Source: an uncultured delta proteobacterium
GTDB lineage: Bacteria; Desulfobacterota; Binatia; HRBIN30; BPIQ01
DNA length: 64,000 nucleotides
Direction: 5' to 3'
NCBI GenBank assembly: GCA_963761335.1
Contig: CAVXGR010000018.1
Location: forward strand, 992,001-1,056,000
The notes under the pieces were generated by a model that had not been told where the DNA came from, ran no database searches, and saw only the letters and a list, made by a program, of their open reading frames with translations. Position 1 is the stretch's first letter. Every line of letters starts with the position of its first letter. Shown piece by piece: positions 9,350 to 19,686 of this stretch. Both the position numbers and the translations under genes were made by a program.

Positions 9350-10537
9350 TCACGGCGCCCTCAGGATCACGGCCCCGGTGGGATCGGTGTTGCCGCCGGC
9401 GACGAAGGCCAGCTGACAGCCGGCGACCTGTGACGTCGAGGTGCCGCGGATCTGGCGCACGGCCTCGGCGGTGTTGTTGAAGCCGTGGATGAATGCCTCG
9501 GAGAGCTGGCCGCCGTTGGTGTTGCAGACCAGGCGACCCTCCGGCCATTCGAGGCCGCCGCTCTCGACGAAAGGGCCCCCCTGGCCGCGCGGCGCGAAGC
9601 CGTACTGCTCGAGGGCGATGATCACCATCGAGGTGAAAAAGTCATAGAAGAAGGCGACGTCGATGTCGGCAGGCGCGCACTCCGCCATCTCGAACAGCTG
9701 TCGCGCCACGCGCGGCGCCGATTCCTCTTCGAAGCCGCGCGAGAAGAGGTTCGAGAGGCGGATATGGTGGGAGCCCGCGGCCATGGCGCCGGCGCGGATG
9801 ATCGCCGGGCGCTGGCGCAGATCTCGGGCCCGCTCGACCGAGGTGACGATCAGGGCGACGGCTCCGTCGGTCTCGATGTTGCAGTCGTAGAGGCGCAGCG
9901 GCTCGGAGACCATGCGCGAGGAGTGGTGATCGGCGCGCGTCATCGGCGCGCGCATGACCGCTTGGGGGTTCCGGAGGGCGTGATTGCGGAAGGCGATGGC
10001 GACGTCGGCGTACTGGTCGTCGGTGGTGCCGAACTCGATGCGATGGCGCATGCTGATCATCGCCATCTCCTGGAAGGCGCTCACCAGTCCGTGGGGGATG
10101 TGCCACTGGTTGAGGCCGGGCAGGGAGGTGCCGACCTTCTCCCAGTAACGGCCGCCCTGCTTGGGATCTCGGCCGTAGCTCGATCCCTTGCCCCGCGCTC
10201 GCGATCGGTACACCAGCACCGTGTGGGCCAGGCCGCTGGCGATCGCGGAGGCGGCCACCACGAGCACCGAGGCGGAGCCGCCGCCGCCGAAGGATGTGCC
10301 GCTGAAATAGCGCAGGAGCGGCGTGCCGAGCACCGCCAGCAGCTGCTCCTCGTCGACCTGCTCCATGTCGTAGCGCACCACGCCGTCGATGTCGCGCGGC
10401 GAGAGGCCGGCGTCCTCGCAGGCGCTCCAGATGGCCTCGACTGCCATCTCGTACTCGGACATGCCGAGCGATTTCGCGAAGCGCGTCTGGCCGATGCCGG
10501 CGATGGCCGACTTGTCGCGGATGCTGGGCTCAGGCAT
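9350..10537 (-). CDS. Thiolase-superfamily lipid-transfer/Ltp2-like protein
   Basis: AIAGIGQTRF, A..DAGL...DIDG, PLRLYDCNIETDGA, NTNGGQLSEAFIHG; no thiolase catalytic Cys; adjacent to DUF35. Confidence 0.85.
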   Translation of the reverse strand: MPEPSIRDKSAIAGIGQTRFAKSLGMSEYEMAVEAIWSACEDAGLSPRDIDGVVRYDMEQVDEEQLLAVLGTPLLRYFSGTSFGGGGSASVLVVAASAIASGLAHTVLVYRSRARGKGSSYGRDPKQGGRYWEKVGTSLPGLNQWHIPHGLVSAFQEMAMISMRHRIEFGTTDDQYADVAIAFRNHALRNPQAVMRAPMTRADHHSSRMVSEPLRLYDCNIETDGAVALIVTSVERARDLRQRPAIIRAGAMAAGSHHIRLSNLFSRGFEEESAPRVARQLFEMAECAPADIDVAFFYDFFTSMVIIALEQYGFAPRGQGGPFVESGGLEWPEGRLVCNTNGGQLSEAFIHGFNNTAEAVRQIRGTSTSQVAGCQLAFVAGGNTDPTGAVILRAP

Positions 10538-11579
10538 GTTGCAGTGCCTTGCTGAGCAGAGATGAGCGACCGATCGCCTCGAGCTCTTCGGGATGGAAGA
10601 GACGGCTCTCGACGCCGGCGCGCGGCGCCGCTCGAGCGCGGCGCCGCAGCTCCGCACTGCTGACGATCTCGCGCACCACGCGGACGTGGAAATCGCGGTG
10701 CAGGATCGCGTGGCGAAAAGTCGGCGGCCCCACCTCTGCCGCTGCCGCGGATTGCCGGCCGCCCTGGCCGGCGGGGGCGCCGCTGTCGACCCATGTGGGC
10801 GGCAGCCACAGGTGGGGGAGATAGGGGAAGGCGCCGCGCTCGAGGAGCAAACGCCCGCCGGCGTCGCTGAGCACATGGACCTGCAGGTCGAAGCGCTCCG
10901 GCCGCCGCCGCGGCCGCGCCGGCGGGTGGAGCGCTACCTCGTCGTGGAGGTTGGCTTCGCAGACACTCCGCAGTGGGCACTCCCCGCAGCGAGGCGCGCG
11001 CGGCGTGCAGATGGTCTCGCCGAGCTCCATCAGTGCCTCGTTCCAGTCTCCTGGGCGGTCCGTGGCGAGCAGCCGCACGGCGACGGAGCGCTGCGGCTCG
11101 CCGCGGGAATCGGCGGCCGGCAGACGGTCGAGCCGCGAAAGCACACGGGCGACGTTGGCGTCCACCGCGGCGTGCGGCTGCCCGTCGGCGATGGAGAGAA
11201 CTGCCGCGGCGATGTACGGCCCGACCCCCGGCAGGGTCAGGGCGGCGTCGAGGTCGCGCGGGAAGCGGCTCTCGCCGCGCTCGCGGAGGAGGCGCGCGGC
11301 ACGGTGCAGGGCGCGCGCCCGCGAGTAGTAGCCGAGACCCGACCACAGCGACAGGACGCGCTCCTCGTCCGCCGCCGCCAAGCGGCGGAGCGTCGGTAGG
11401 TGGCGCAGGAAGCGGCGGTAGGCGGGGACAACTACCTCGACGCGCGTCTGCTGCAGCATGACCTCGGCGACCCAGACGCGGTACGGATCGCGATCCCGAC
11501 GCCACGGCAGCGGCCGCCGGTGGCGGTCGTACCAGGCGAGCAGGCGCCGGCGGACGGCGCGCCGTCGGGAAGGATTCAC
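10530..11579 (-). CDS. mutY: A/G-specific adenine DNA glycosylase
   Basis: WY....R.LPWR..RDPYRVWVAEVMLQQT, WSGLGYYSRA, LPGVGPY HhH, VDANVARV, C-x6-C-x2-C-x5-C Fe-S cluster; GTG start overlaps the upstream stop. Confidence 0.9.
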   Translation of the reverse strand: MNPSRRRAVRRRLLAWYDRHRRPLPWRRDRDPYRVWVAEVMLQQTRVEVVVPAYRRFLRHLPTLRRLAAADEERVLSLWSGLGYYSRARALHRAARLLRERGESRFPRDLDAALTLPGVGPYIAAAVLSIADGQPHAAVDANVARVLSRLDRLPAADSRGEPQRSVAVRLLATDRPGDWNEALMELGETICTPRAPRCGECPLRSVCEANLHDEVALHPPARPRRRPERFDLQVHVLSDAGGRLLLERGAFPYLPHLWLPPTWVDSGAPAGQGGRQSAAAAEVGPPTFRHAILHRDFHVRVVREIVSSAELRRRARAAPRAGVESRLFHPEELEAIGRSSLLSKALQHA

Positions 11580-12883
11580 TCCGGCTGCGTGCTGTAGACG
11601 CTGGCGAGCTGCTCGAGGACGTCCTTGGTGGTGACCGGGCGCGATCCGCCGGCGATGGGCGGTTTCCCTCCCTGGCTCTTCATCGAGAGGTCGACGCCGA
11701 CGGCCTCGGCGCGCAGCGCCGCGGCCGTGCACTGCTGCCGGGGCCGGTGCGCGAAGGCGTCGAGCCGGAAGAAGCGCAGGGCGTTCTCGTGAGTGATCTT
11801 TGCCACCTCGTCGTCGGGAACGCCGTCGAGGCTGCGCGCCAGCGTCTCCGGCGAGTGCGGCCAGGTGGTGTCCGAGTGCGGGTAGTCGCACTCCCAGGTG
11901 ATGGTATCGACGCCCACGGCGTCGCGGTTTCTCACGCCCACCGGATCGTCGATGAAGCAGGTGACGACGTGCTCGCGCCACACCTGGCTGGGCTTCTTGC
12001 CGGCGAAATCCTGATGCGTCCACGCCTTGTGATGCTCGTGCACGTAGTCGGCGCGCTCGAGAAAGTAGGGAATCCAGCCGATCCCTCCCTCGGACAGGGC
12101 GATGCGCAGCCCCGGGAAGTCCTTGAGCACGCGCGACCAGAGCAGGTCGGCGGCACAGTTGACGCTGGCGATCGGCTGCACCGTGATCATGACGTCGACC
12201 GGTGCTTCCATCGAGGTGAACTTCATCCCCGCGCCCGAGCCGATGTGGATGCACACCACCGTGCCCTCGTCGGAGCAGGCCTTCCACAGAGGATCCCAGT
12301 GGGGATTGTGCAGGCTCGGCTGCCCGAGGGCCTCGGGGTTCTCGGTGAAGCTGATGGCGTGACAGCCCTTGGCGGAGACGCGGCGCACTTCATCGGCGCA
12401 CAGCTGCGGATCCCACAGCGGCAGCAGGGCGAGAGGAATGAAGCGGCCCGGATGGGAGCCGCACCACTCGTCGATGTGCCAGTCGTTGTAGGCCTGCAGC
12501 ACGACGCGGGCGAGATCCTTGTCGGACTGGCGCAGAAAGAGGGCGCCGCAGAGCCCGGGGAAGGACGGGAAGCACATCGAGGCGAGCACGCCGTTGGCGT
12601 TCATGTCGCGAATGCGGTGCTGCACGTCATACGTGCCGGGACGGAGCTGCGCGAAGGAGGTCGGCTCCATGCCGTACTCCTCCGGCGGGCGGCCGACGAC
12701 GGCGTTGAGGCCGATGTTGACGATCTGCTCGCCCTGGAAGACCCAGACGTCGCTGCCGTCCTTCTTGTGCACCACGCGCGGCGCCTGTGATTTGTACTGT
12801 GGCGGCAGGTGCTGCTCGAACATGTTCGCAGGCTCGACGACGTGGTCGTCGACGCTCACCAGAATCAGCTCTTCGGGGCGCAT
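11576..12883 (-). CDS. Amidohydrolase-2 family protein
   Basis: SVDDHVVEP, AYNDWHIDEWC, CIHIGSG, LSEGGIGWIPY, WECDYPHSD; SD GGAGGAG. Confidence 0.9.
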   Translation of the reverse strand: MRPEELILVSVDDHVVEPANMFEQHLPPQYKSQAPRVVHKKDGSDVWVFQGEQIVNIGLNAVVGRPPEEYGMEPTSFAQLRPGTYDVQHRIRDMNANGVLASMCFPSFPGLCGALFLRQSDKDLARVVLQAYNDWHIDEWCGSHPGRFIPLALLPLWDPQLCADEVRRVSAKGCHAISFTENPEALGQPSLHNPHWDPLWKACSDEGTVVCIHIGSGAGMKFTSMEAPVDVMITVQPIASVNCAADLLWSRVLKDFPGLRIALSEGGIGWIPYFLERADYVHEHHKAWTHQDFAGKKPSQVWREHVVTCFIDDPVGVRNRDAVGVDTITWECDYPHSDTTWPHSPETLARSLDGVPDDEVAKITHENALRFFRLDAFAHRPRQQCTAAALRAEAVGVDLSMKSQGGKPPIAGGSRPVTTKDVLEQLASVYSTQPE

Positions 12884-12946
12884 CGCGTCTCTCCTCCGGC
12901 GGCTTCGCTGCAACCCTAGCGCAGGCGGGTGGCGGGGTGCAATGAA

Positions 12947-12976
12947 AGTGGCTCGGCGGCTCGGTGGCCGGGTGGG
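12947..12976. repeat. Octamer array (GTGGCTCG)n, degenerate
   Basis: AGTGGCTC GGCGGCTC GGTGGCCG GGTGGG; reverse complement of the 13797-13837 array. Confidence 0.6.
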
Positions 12977-13744
12977 TCAGAGGCCGTAGCGTTGCTTCAG
13001 GCGGCGCATGCCGGCGATCCAGCGGTCGTGATCCGCGGCCTTGCGCTGCACGTACTCGCGGACCTGCGGATGGGGCAGAATGAGAAAGCGCTCGGCATCC
13101 AGACCGGCAATCACCACATCGGCGACCTGCTGCGGCTCCAGCATGCCGTCCACGCCGGCGACGCTGCCGTCGGCCGTGTCTGCCGTCATGTTGGTGCGCA
13201 CCGCTTGCGGGCAGAGCACGGAAACCTTGATGCCCTCGTCCCCGTGCGCGATGGCGAGGTACTCCGCCAGGGCGACGGCAGCGTGCTTGGTGACACTGTA
13301 GGGGGCCGAGCCGATCTGGCTGAGAAGCCCGGCCGCGGAGGCGGTGTGCAGCAGATATCCGCCCCGCCGCGCGATCATGCCCGGGAGGACCGCCCTGGCT
13401 GCGTAGACGTGGGCCATGACGTTGACGTTCCAGATCTTCTGCCACTGGTCGTTCGGGCACTCGACGCCGCCGAGAACGAGAATGCCGGCATTGGAGCAGA
13501 ACAGGTCGATGCGGCCGAAGCGAGCCTCTGTCTCGCGCACCACGGCGATGACGTCAGCCTCGGAACCGACGTCGGCGCGCTTGCCGATACCGCCGATCTC
13601 TGCCGCGACGGCGGCCGCCCCATCGCCGTCGAGATCCACGGCGACCACGGCCGTCGCTCCCTCCGCCGCAAAGCGCCGCGCCATGGCGCGACCGATTCCC
13701 GTCGCCGCGCCGGTCACCACCGCTATCTTGCCGTCGAGCTTCAT
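12977..13744 (-). CDS. Short-chain dehydrogenase/reductase
   Basis: VTGAATGIG, SNAG, YSVTK (YxxxK). Confidence 0.92.
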   Translation of the reverse strand: MKLDGKIAVVTGAATGIGRAMARRFAAEGATAVVAVDLDGDGAAAVAAEIGGIGKRADVGSEADVIAVVRETEARFGRIDLFCSNAGILVLGGVECPNDQWQKIWNVNVMAHVYAARAVLPGMIARRGGYLLHTASAAGLLSQIGSAPYSVTKHAAVALAEYLAIAHGDEGIKVSVLCPQAVRTNMTADTADGSVAGVDGMLEPQQVADVVIAGLDAERFLILPHPQVREYVQRKAADHDRWIAGMRRLKQRYGL

Positions 13745-13796
13745 GGCGTCGAATGCTACGCCCGCAGCGACCAGAAGCACAACCGCTCGCCAACCC

Positions 13797-13837
13797 CGAT
13801 CCACCGATCCACCGAGCCACCGAGCCACCGAGCCACT
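13797..13837. repeat. Octamer array (CGAKCCAC)x5
   Basis: CGATCCAC CGATCCAC CGAGCCAC CGAGCCAC CGAGCCAC T. Confidence 0.85.
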
Positions 13838-13841
13838 ACCC

Positions 13842-13871
13842 TTGACTGCCGCCGGACGGGTGGCGTAGCAG
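13842..13871 (+). promoter_or_regulatory. Putative sigma-70 promoter of a leaderless transcript
   Basis: TTGACT-N18-TAGCAG-N7-ATG; no SD. Confidence 0.45.
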
Positions 13872-13878
13872 GACGGCG

Positions 13879-14952
13879 ATGACCGAGTTCGTCGATGCCG
13901 ATGCGCACGTGGCCGAGGGCCGGGAGCTGATCGGCGAATGCCTGCGGCGCTGGCCGGAGAGCTTTCGCTTTGCGCCCGGCGAGGAGCTGTCGCTGCGCAT
14001 CGAGGGCCGGCGCTATCCGGAGCCGGAGGGTCCGGGGGCCGGCTGCCCGGCGGTGCACGGCCTGAGCCGCGCCGAGGGGATCAACCCGTTCACCGCCGAA
14101 GGCGTGCTCGCCGACGCGGATCGAGATGGCATCGAGCAGATGGTCTTCTTTCCGAGCTTCGGGCTCTGCGCGCCGAGCATCGCCGATCGCGGCATCGCCG
14201 CCGGCTTTGCGCGCCTCTATAACGAGTGGATGGCGGACTGGTGCCGCCGCGGCAACGGTCGCTTCCACGGGGTCGCCGTGCTGCCGGTCGAGCAGGTCGA
14301 GGACGCCATCGACGTCCTGCGCGAGGGGCGCAAGCAGGGGCTGGTCGCCGGCATGATCCCGCCGGCGTTGAAGAGCCGCAATCTCGACCACGCCGATCTC
14401 GATCCTCTCTACGCGGCTGCGGTGGAGCTCGACGTGCCGCTCGCCGTGCACGGCGCTCCCGGCATTCATCTCCCCAAGATCGGCGTCGACCGCTTCGACA
14501 ACTACATCCAGGTGCACTGCATCAGCTTTCCGTTCGACCAGATGACGGCGATGACGGCGCTGGTGTCGGGCGGCGTCTTCGACCGCCACCCCCGCCTGCG
14601 CGTCGGCTTCCTGGAGGCGGGCGTGGGATGGGTGCCGTACTTCATCGACCGCATGCACGAGCACTACGAGAAGCGCGGCGACTGGATCCCGGGCGGCTGG
14701 AAGCGCGATCCGCGCGCCTACATTGATGCGGGTAACATCTGGGTCAGCTGTGAGCCCGAGGAGCCGATACTGGCGGCCGTGTGCCAGATCCTCGGCTCCG
14801 ACTTCATCATGTACGCCAGCGACTACCCGCACTGGGACGGAGAGTGGCCGCACAGCACCCGTCCCCTGCGACAGCGGGCCGATATCGACGAGGATACCCG
14901 CGCCCGAATCGCCGGCGGCAACGCCCGGCGGTTCTACCGCTTGCCGGAGTAG
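13879..14952 (+). CDS. Amidohydrolase-2 family protein
   Basis: VDADAHVAE, ARLYNEW, LAVHG, FLEAGVGWVPY, YASDYPHWD, GGNARRFY. Confidence 0.9.
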   Translation: MTEFVDADAHVAEGRELIGECLRRWPESFRFAPGEELSLRIEGRRYPEPEGPGAGCPAVHGLSRAEGINPFTAEGVLADADRDGIEQMVFFPSFGLCAPSIADRGIAAGFARLYNEWMADWCRRGNGRFHGVAVLPVEQVEDAIDVLREGRKQGLVAGMIPPALKSRNLDHADLDPLYAAAVELDVPLAVHGAPGIHLPKIGVDRFDNYIQVHCISFPFDQMTAMTALVSGGVFDRHPRLRVGFLEAGVGWVPYFIDRMHEHYEKRGDWIPGGWKRDPRAYIDAGNIWVSCEPEEPILAAVCQILGSDFIMYASDYPHWDGEWPHSTRPLRQRADIDEDTRARIAGGNARRFYRLPE

Positions 14953-15045
14953 CGGCGCCGGCGCGTTGCAGCAGTCTTCCCTCCACGAACCCGCCTTGAC
15001 GGGCAAACCTCAGCTGGCATACCTCCGGTAACGGAGGAGAGCGCG

Positions 15046-16521
15046 ATGGCAGACGGAGCAACGGTCACCGGAGAGCGGCGCAACCTGATCGATGGCAAGC
15101 TGCGCGAGGCGAGCAACGGCCGGACCTTCGAGAACATCAACCCGGCGACCGAGGAGGTCCTGGGCGTGTGTGCCGACGGCAGCCGCGAAGACATGGACGC
15201 CGCCATCGCCGCGGCGCGCCGCGCTTTCGACGACAGCGGCTGGGCCACCGACCACGCCTTCCGGCAGAAGTGTCTCGGCCAGCTGCACCAGGCGCTGGTC
15301 GGGGCTCGCGAGGAGCTGCGGGCGCTGGTGGTTGCCGAGGCGGGCTCGCCGATCGTGCTCACCTACGGACCGCAGTGCGACACCTACATCGATCAGCTGC
15401 CGTACTGGGCGGATCTCGCCGGCTCGTACACCTACGAGGAGCCGATGGCCGCGACCCAGTTCATGGGGATGCCACAGCGGCGCCTTCTGCGGCGCGAGGC
15501 CTGCGGCGTCGTCGGCGCCATCACGCCCTGGAACTTCCCGCTCTACCTGAACCTCTGCAAGATCGCCCCTGCCCTGGCGGCTGGCAACACCGTGGTGCTC
15601 AAGCCGGCGCCGGACACGCCATGGTGTGGCACCGTGCTCGGGAGGTTGATCGCCGAGAAGACCGAGATCCCCGCTGGCGTGGTCAACATCGTCGCCTCCT
15701 CCGATCACAAGATCGGCGAGATGCTCGCCAGTGACCCGCGCGTCGACCTGGTGACCTTCACCGGCTCCACCGCCACCGGGCGCCGGGTGATGGAGTGTGC
15801 CTCGGCCACGGTGAAGAAGGTATTCCTCGAGCTCGGGGGGAAATCGGCCAATATCTTCCTCGACGATGCCGATCCGGCGGCGCTCCCCACCAGCGTCATG
15901 TCGATCTGCGCCCATGCCGGGCAGGGATGCGCCATCACCACCCGGCTGCTGCTGCCGCGCTCCCTGTACGAGGCGGGCATCGAGGCGGCGAAGGCGGCCC
16001 TGGCTGGGGTCGGCTACGGCGATCCCACCAACCCCGCGAATCTGCAGGGTCCGCAGATCAGCCGGCGCCAGCAGCAGCGGGTGCTCGCCTATATCGAGAA
16101 GGGCCGGCGCGAAGGCGCCCGCCTGGTTCTCGGCGGCGGCGTCCCGGCGCATCTGCCGCAGGGATACTATGTCGAGCCGACGATCTTCGCCGACGTGCGC
16201 CCGGACGCGACCATCGCCCAGGAGGAGATCTTCGGGCCGGTCCTCGCCATCATTCCCTTCGACGACGACGAGCACGCGGTGCGCATCGCCAACAACTCCA
16301 TCTACGGCCTCTCCGGCGCTGTGACCAGCGGCAGCGAGGAGCGTGCTCTGGCCGTGGCGCGGCGCATTCGCACCGGGACGCTGTCGGTGAACGGCGGCAT
16401 GTGGTTCGACGTCGACACCCCTTTCGGCGGCTACCGGCAGAGCGGGCTCGGCCGCGAGAACGGCCGGCAGGGATTCGAGGAGTATCTCGAGACCAAGGTG
16501 ATGGCGCTGCCCGGCGCCTGA
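15046..16521 (+). CDS. Aldehyde dehydrogenase
   Basis: ITPWNFP, FTGSTATG, LELGGKS, AGQGCA, EEIFGPV, PFGGYRQSGLGRE. Confidence 0.95.
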   Translation: MADGATVTGERRNLIDGKLREASNGRTFENINPATEEVLGVCADGSREDMDAAIAAARRAFDDSGWATDHAFRQKCLGQLHQALVGAREELRALVVAEAGSPIVLTYGPQCDTYIDQLPYWADLAGSYTYEEPMAATQFMGMPQRRLLRREACGVVGAITPWNFPLYLNLCKIAPALAAGNTVVLKPAPDTPWCGTVLGRLIAEKTEIPAGVVNIVASSDHKIGEMLASDPRVDLVTFTGSTATGRRVMECASATVKKVFLELGGKSANIFLDDADPAALPTSVMSICAHAGQGCAITTRLLLPRSLYEAGIEAAKAALAGVGYGDPTNPANLQGPQISRRQQQRVLAYIEKGRREGARLVLGGGVPAHLPQGYYVEPTIFADVRPDATIAQEEIFGPVLAIIPFDDDEHAVRIANNSIYGLSGAVTSGSEERALAVARRIRTGTLSVNGGMWFDVDTPFGGYRQSGLGRENGRQGFEEYLETKVMALPGA

Positions 16522-16551
16522 GCGGCCGGAATCCGCCGGCCCGCGGGCCCA

Positions 16552-16599
16552 GTAGAAGCGGCGTCTCGCCGCTTCGGAAACGCCGGACGGCGCTTCTAC
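16552..16599. repeat. GTAG-type REP doublet, second family
   Basis: GTAGAAGCGGCGTCTCGCCGCTTC ... GGCGCTTCTAC; related copies at 40784, 44258-44885 and 55071. Confidence 0.7.
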
Positions 16600-16645
16600 T
16601 TTGAAGGCGATCCGATCCGACGACTACAGAAGCGAGGGACCCGAC

Positions 16646-17821
16646 ATGAACAAGAAGACGGTCAGGGACATCGAGGTCGATGGCAAGGCGGTGCTGGTGC
16701 GCGTCGATTTCAACGTGCCTCTCGACAAGGGCGCGATCACCGACGACACCCGCATCCGCGCCGCCGTGCCGACCATCGAGTATCTCATCCAGCGCGGCGC
16801 CAAGACGATTCTCTGCTCGCATCTCGGACGACCCAAGGGCAAGCCAAACCCGGCGTACAGTCTGGCGCCGGCGGCGGCGCGTCTGGCCGAGATCCTCGGT
16901 CGGCCGGTCCCTCTGGCGCCCGACTGCGTCGGCGCCGAGGTGGAGAAGATGGTCCGCGGCATGAGCAAGGGGGACGTGCTGTTGCTCGAGAACCTGCGCT
17001 TCCATGCGGAGGAGGAGGCCAACGATGCGCAGTTCGCCCGCTCGCTGGCATCGCTGGCCGAGATCTACGTGGACGACGCCTTCGGCTCGGCCCACCGCGC
17101 CCATGCCTCGACCGCGGGGGTGGCCAGCGACCTGCCGGCCGTGGCGGGCCTGCTCATGGAGAAGGAGCTGAACTTTCTCGGCGGCGCGCTGACGAATCCG
17201 GCACGGCCGTTCATCGCCATCCTCGGAGGTGCCAAGGTCTCCGACAAGATCGCGGTGATCCAGAACCTCCTCGGCAAGGTCGACCGGCTGCTCATCGGCG
17301 GTGGCATGGCCAACACTTTTCTCAAGGCGCAGGGAAAGGAGATCGGCCAGTCCCTGGTGGAGGACGAGAAGGTCGAGGTTGCCCGCGATCTGCTGCGCCA
17401 GGGCGGGGACAAGCTGGCCCTTCCGGTCGACGTCGTCTGCGCCCGAGAGGTGGACGCCAATTCCGAGCGCCGCACCCTCGCCGCCGATGCCGTGCCGCCC
17501 GGCTGGCGCATCCTCGACATCGGTCCGCAGACCGTGGAGAACTTCAAGAATCACTTGAAGGGTGGGCGGACGGTGGTGTGGAACGGGCCGATGGGCGTCT
17601 TCGAGGTGGAGCCATTCGCCGCCGGCACCTTCGCGGTGGCGCGGGCGCTGGCCGATCTCCCGGGGGCGACGACGATCATCGGCGGCGGCGATTCCGCCGC
17701 AGCCGTCGAGCAGGCCGGGGTCGCCGACCGGGTGACCCACATCTCCACCGGCGGCGGTGCCTCACTGGAGTTCCTCGAGGGCAAGGAGCTTCCCGGCGTG
17801 GCGGTGCTTGAAGACAGATAG
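16646..17821 (+). CDS. pgk: Phosphoglycerate kinase
   Basis: [63 protein letters not shown]. Confidence 0.98.
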   Translation: MNKKTVRDIEVDGKAVLVRVDFNVPLDKGAITDDTRIRAAVPTIEYLIQRGAKTILCSHLGRPKGKPNPAYSLAPAAARLAEILGRPVPLAPDCVGAEVEKMVRGMSKGDVLLLENLRFHAEEEANDAQFARSLASLAEIYVDDAFGSAHRAHASTAGVASDLPAVAGLLMEKELNFLGGALTNPARPFIAILGGAKVSDKIAVIQNLLGKVDRLLIGGGMANTFLKAQGKEIGQSLVEDEKVEVARDLLRQGGDKLALPVDVVCAREVDANSERRTLAADAVPPGWRILDIGPQTVENFKNHLKGGRTVVWNGPMGVFEVEPFAAGTFAVARALADLPGATTIIGGGDSAAAVEQAGVADRVTHISTGGGASLEFLEGKELPGVAVLEDR

Positions 17822-17864
17822 CTCTCTGGGAGCGCGGCCATCTTGGCCGCCACCCGGGCAAAGA

Positions 17865-17980
17865 GAAGAGAACGTAGAATGAAAAACCGGTGACCGGTGA
17901 TGGAGAACCGGTCACCGGTGTGGCGGGCGGTTTACCAGTTCTCCGTCACCGGTCACCGGTTCTCCATTTTACATTCTCTT
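17865..17980. repeat. ~115-bp palindromic element with ACCGGTG heptamers; likely bidirectional terminator
   Basis: AATGAAAAACCGGTGACCGGTGATGGAGAAC ... GTTCTCCGTCACCGGTCACCGGTTCTCCATT between convergent pgk and fumC; second copy at 62063-62172. Confidence 0.8.
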
Positions 17981-17992
17981 CCTTCTTCTTCC

Positions 17993-19384
17993 CTACGGGT
18001 GCGTCATCTTCTCCGGCACCACCGCGGCGTCGAACTCCTCGGCGGTCAACAGCCCGAGCTTCACCGCCGCCTCGCGCAGGCTGATGCCCTCATGGTGCGC
18101 GGTCTTGGCGATCTTGGCGGCGTTGTCGTAGCCGATCTTCGGGTTGAGCGCGGTGACCAGCATGAGGGAGTTCTTCACGTAGGAGGCGATGCGCTCGCGG
18201 TTGGGCTCGATGCCGCTGACGCAGTGCTCGACGAAGGAGCGGCAGGCGTCACCGAGCAGGCGGATCGAGTTGAGCAGGTTGAAGATCATCACCGGCTTGA
18301 AGACGTTGAGCTCGAAGTTGCCCATGGAGCCGGCGAAGCCGATGGCGGCGTCGTTGCCCATGACCTGAACGCAGACCATGGTCATCGCCTCGCTCTGCGT
18401 CGGGTTGACCTTGCCGGGCATGATCGATGATCCGGGCTCGTTCTCCGGGATGGAGATCTCCCCGAGCCCGCAGCGCGGGCCGGAGGCCAGCCAACGGATG
18501 TCGTTGGCGATCTTCATGAGCGATGCCGCCAGGGTCTTCAGGGCGCCGGAGGCCATCACCACCTCGTCGTGTGCGGAGAGGGCGGCGAACTTGTTCGGGT
18601 TCGAGGTGAAGGGCTGGCCGGTGAGCTCGGCGATCTTGTGTGCGGCGCGCTCGGCGAACTCGGGGTGGGCGTTGAGACCGGTGCCGACGGCGGTGCCGCC
18701 GATCGCCAGAGAGCGCAGCCCGGGCAGCACCATGCGCAGGCGCTCGAGATCGGCGTCGAGAAGAGCGACGTAGCCGGAGAACTCCTGCCCGAGCGTCAGC
18801 GGCGTCGCGTCCTGCAGGTGCGTGCGCCCGATCTTGACGATGTCGGCGAACTCCTGCCGCTTCCGATCGAGCGCGTCGCGGAGCCGGGTCACCGCCGGGA
18901 TCAGCTTCTCGTGGACCTCGGTGGCGGCGGCGATCGACATGGCGGTGGGGAAGGTATCGTTCGACGACTGCGACATGTTGACGTCGTCGTTCGGGTGGAC
19001 CGGCTTCTTGCTCCCCATCTCGCCGCCGGCGAGCTCGATGGCGCGGTTGGAGATCACCTCGTTGGCGTTCATGTTGCTCTGCGTGCCACTGCCCGTCTGC
19101 CAGATGCGCAGGGGGAAATGGTCGTCGAGCTTGCCCTCGATGACCTCGTCGGTGGCCTTGACGATCAGGCGGCATTTCTCTTCGGACAGCTTGCCCAGGT
19201 CGCGATTCACCAGAGCCGCGGCCTTCTTCAGGGTTCCCATGGCGCGGATGAGCTCGCGCGGCATGGTGTCGTCGCCGATCTTGAAGTGGATCAGCGAGCG
19301 CGCCGTCTGGGCGCCGTAGTAGCGGTCCGCGGGCACCTCGATGGCGCCCATGCTGTCGGTCTCGGTGCGTGTCTTCACGGTCAT
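17993..19384 (-). CDS. fumC: Fumarate hydratase class II
   Basis: [44 protein letters not shown]. Confidence 0.98.
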   Translation of the reverse strand: MTVKTRTETDSMGAIEVPADRYYGAQTARSLIHFKIGDDTMPRELIRAMGTLKKAAALVNRDLGKLSEEKCRLIVKATDEVIEGKLDDHFPLRIWQTGSGTQSNMNANEVISNRAIELAGGEMGSKKPVHPNDDVNMSQSSNDTFPTAMSIAAATEVHEKLIPAVTRLRDALDRKRQEFADIVKIGRTHLQDATPLTLGQEFSGYVALLDADLERLRMVLPGLRSLAIGGTAVGTGLNAHPEFAERAAHKIAELTGQPFTSNPNKFAALSAHDEVVMASGALKTLAASLMKIANDIRWLASGPRCGLGEISIPENEPGSSIMPGKVNPTQSEAMTMVCVQVMGNDAAIGFAGSMGNFELNVFKPVMIFNLLNSIRLLGDACRSFVEHCVSGIEPNRERIASYVKNSLMLVTALNPKIGYDNAAKIAKTAHHEGISLREAAVKLGLLTAEEFDAAVVPEKMTHP

Positions 19385-19491
19385 GATCGCCTCCGCTGGC
19401 TCAAGATGAAGGAACCGCGGCGATGCGGCAAGTCTCTTGCCGCGGCCGCCTGGCTGGTCGTACCCTGAGCAGTGAGGTAAACCAGCGGCCG

Positions 19492-19686
19492 GGTAGTACC
19501 TCAATTTCATTTCGGGATGTTCGGGGTAACCCTCTCCCGCATTGCCCGCGGGAGAGGGGCAGGGGTGCGCGGATTGTTTACCAGCTTTCAGTGAACAGAA
19601 AGGGACCCCTTACCTGACCTCTCCCCACGAAAGTGCGGGGAGAGGGACCTCGCGCCGAGGGTCGGAAATCAAACTGAAACACTACC
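19492..19686. mobile_element. 195-bp MITE-like element with imperfect terminal inverted repeats, enclosing BoxC-like copy 4 (19530-19646)
   Basis: GGTAGTACCTCAATTTCATTTC vs reverse complement of GAAATCAAACTGAAACACTACC: 17/22. Confidence 0.6.

Noticed and set aside
10530..12287. 585-aa extended MutY ORF
   Set aside because: The N-terminal 236 codons overlap the amidohydrolase in another frame; MutY homology starts at GTG 11579
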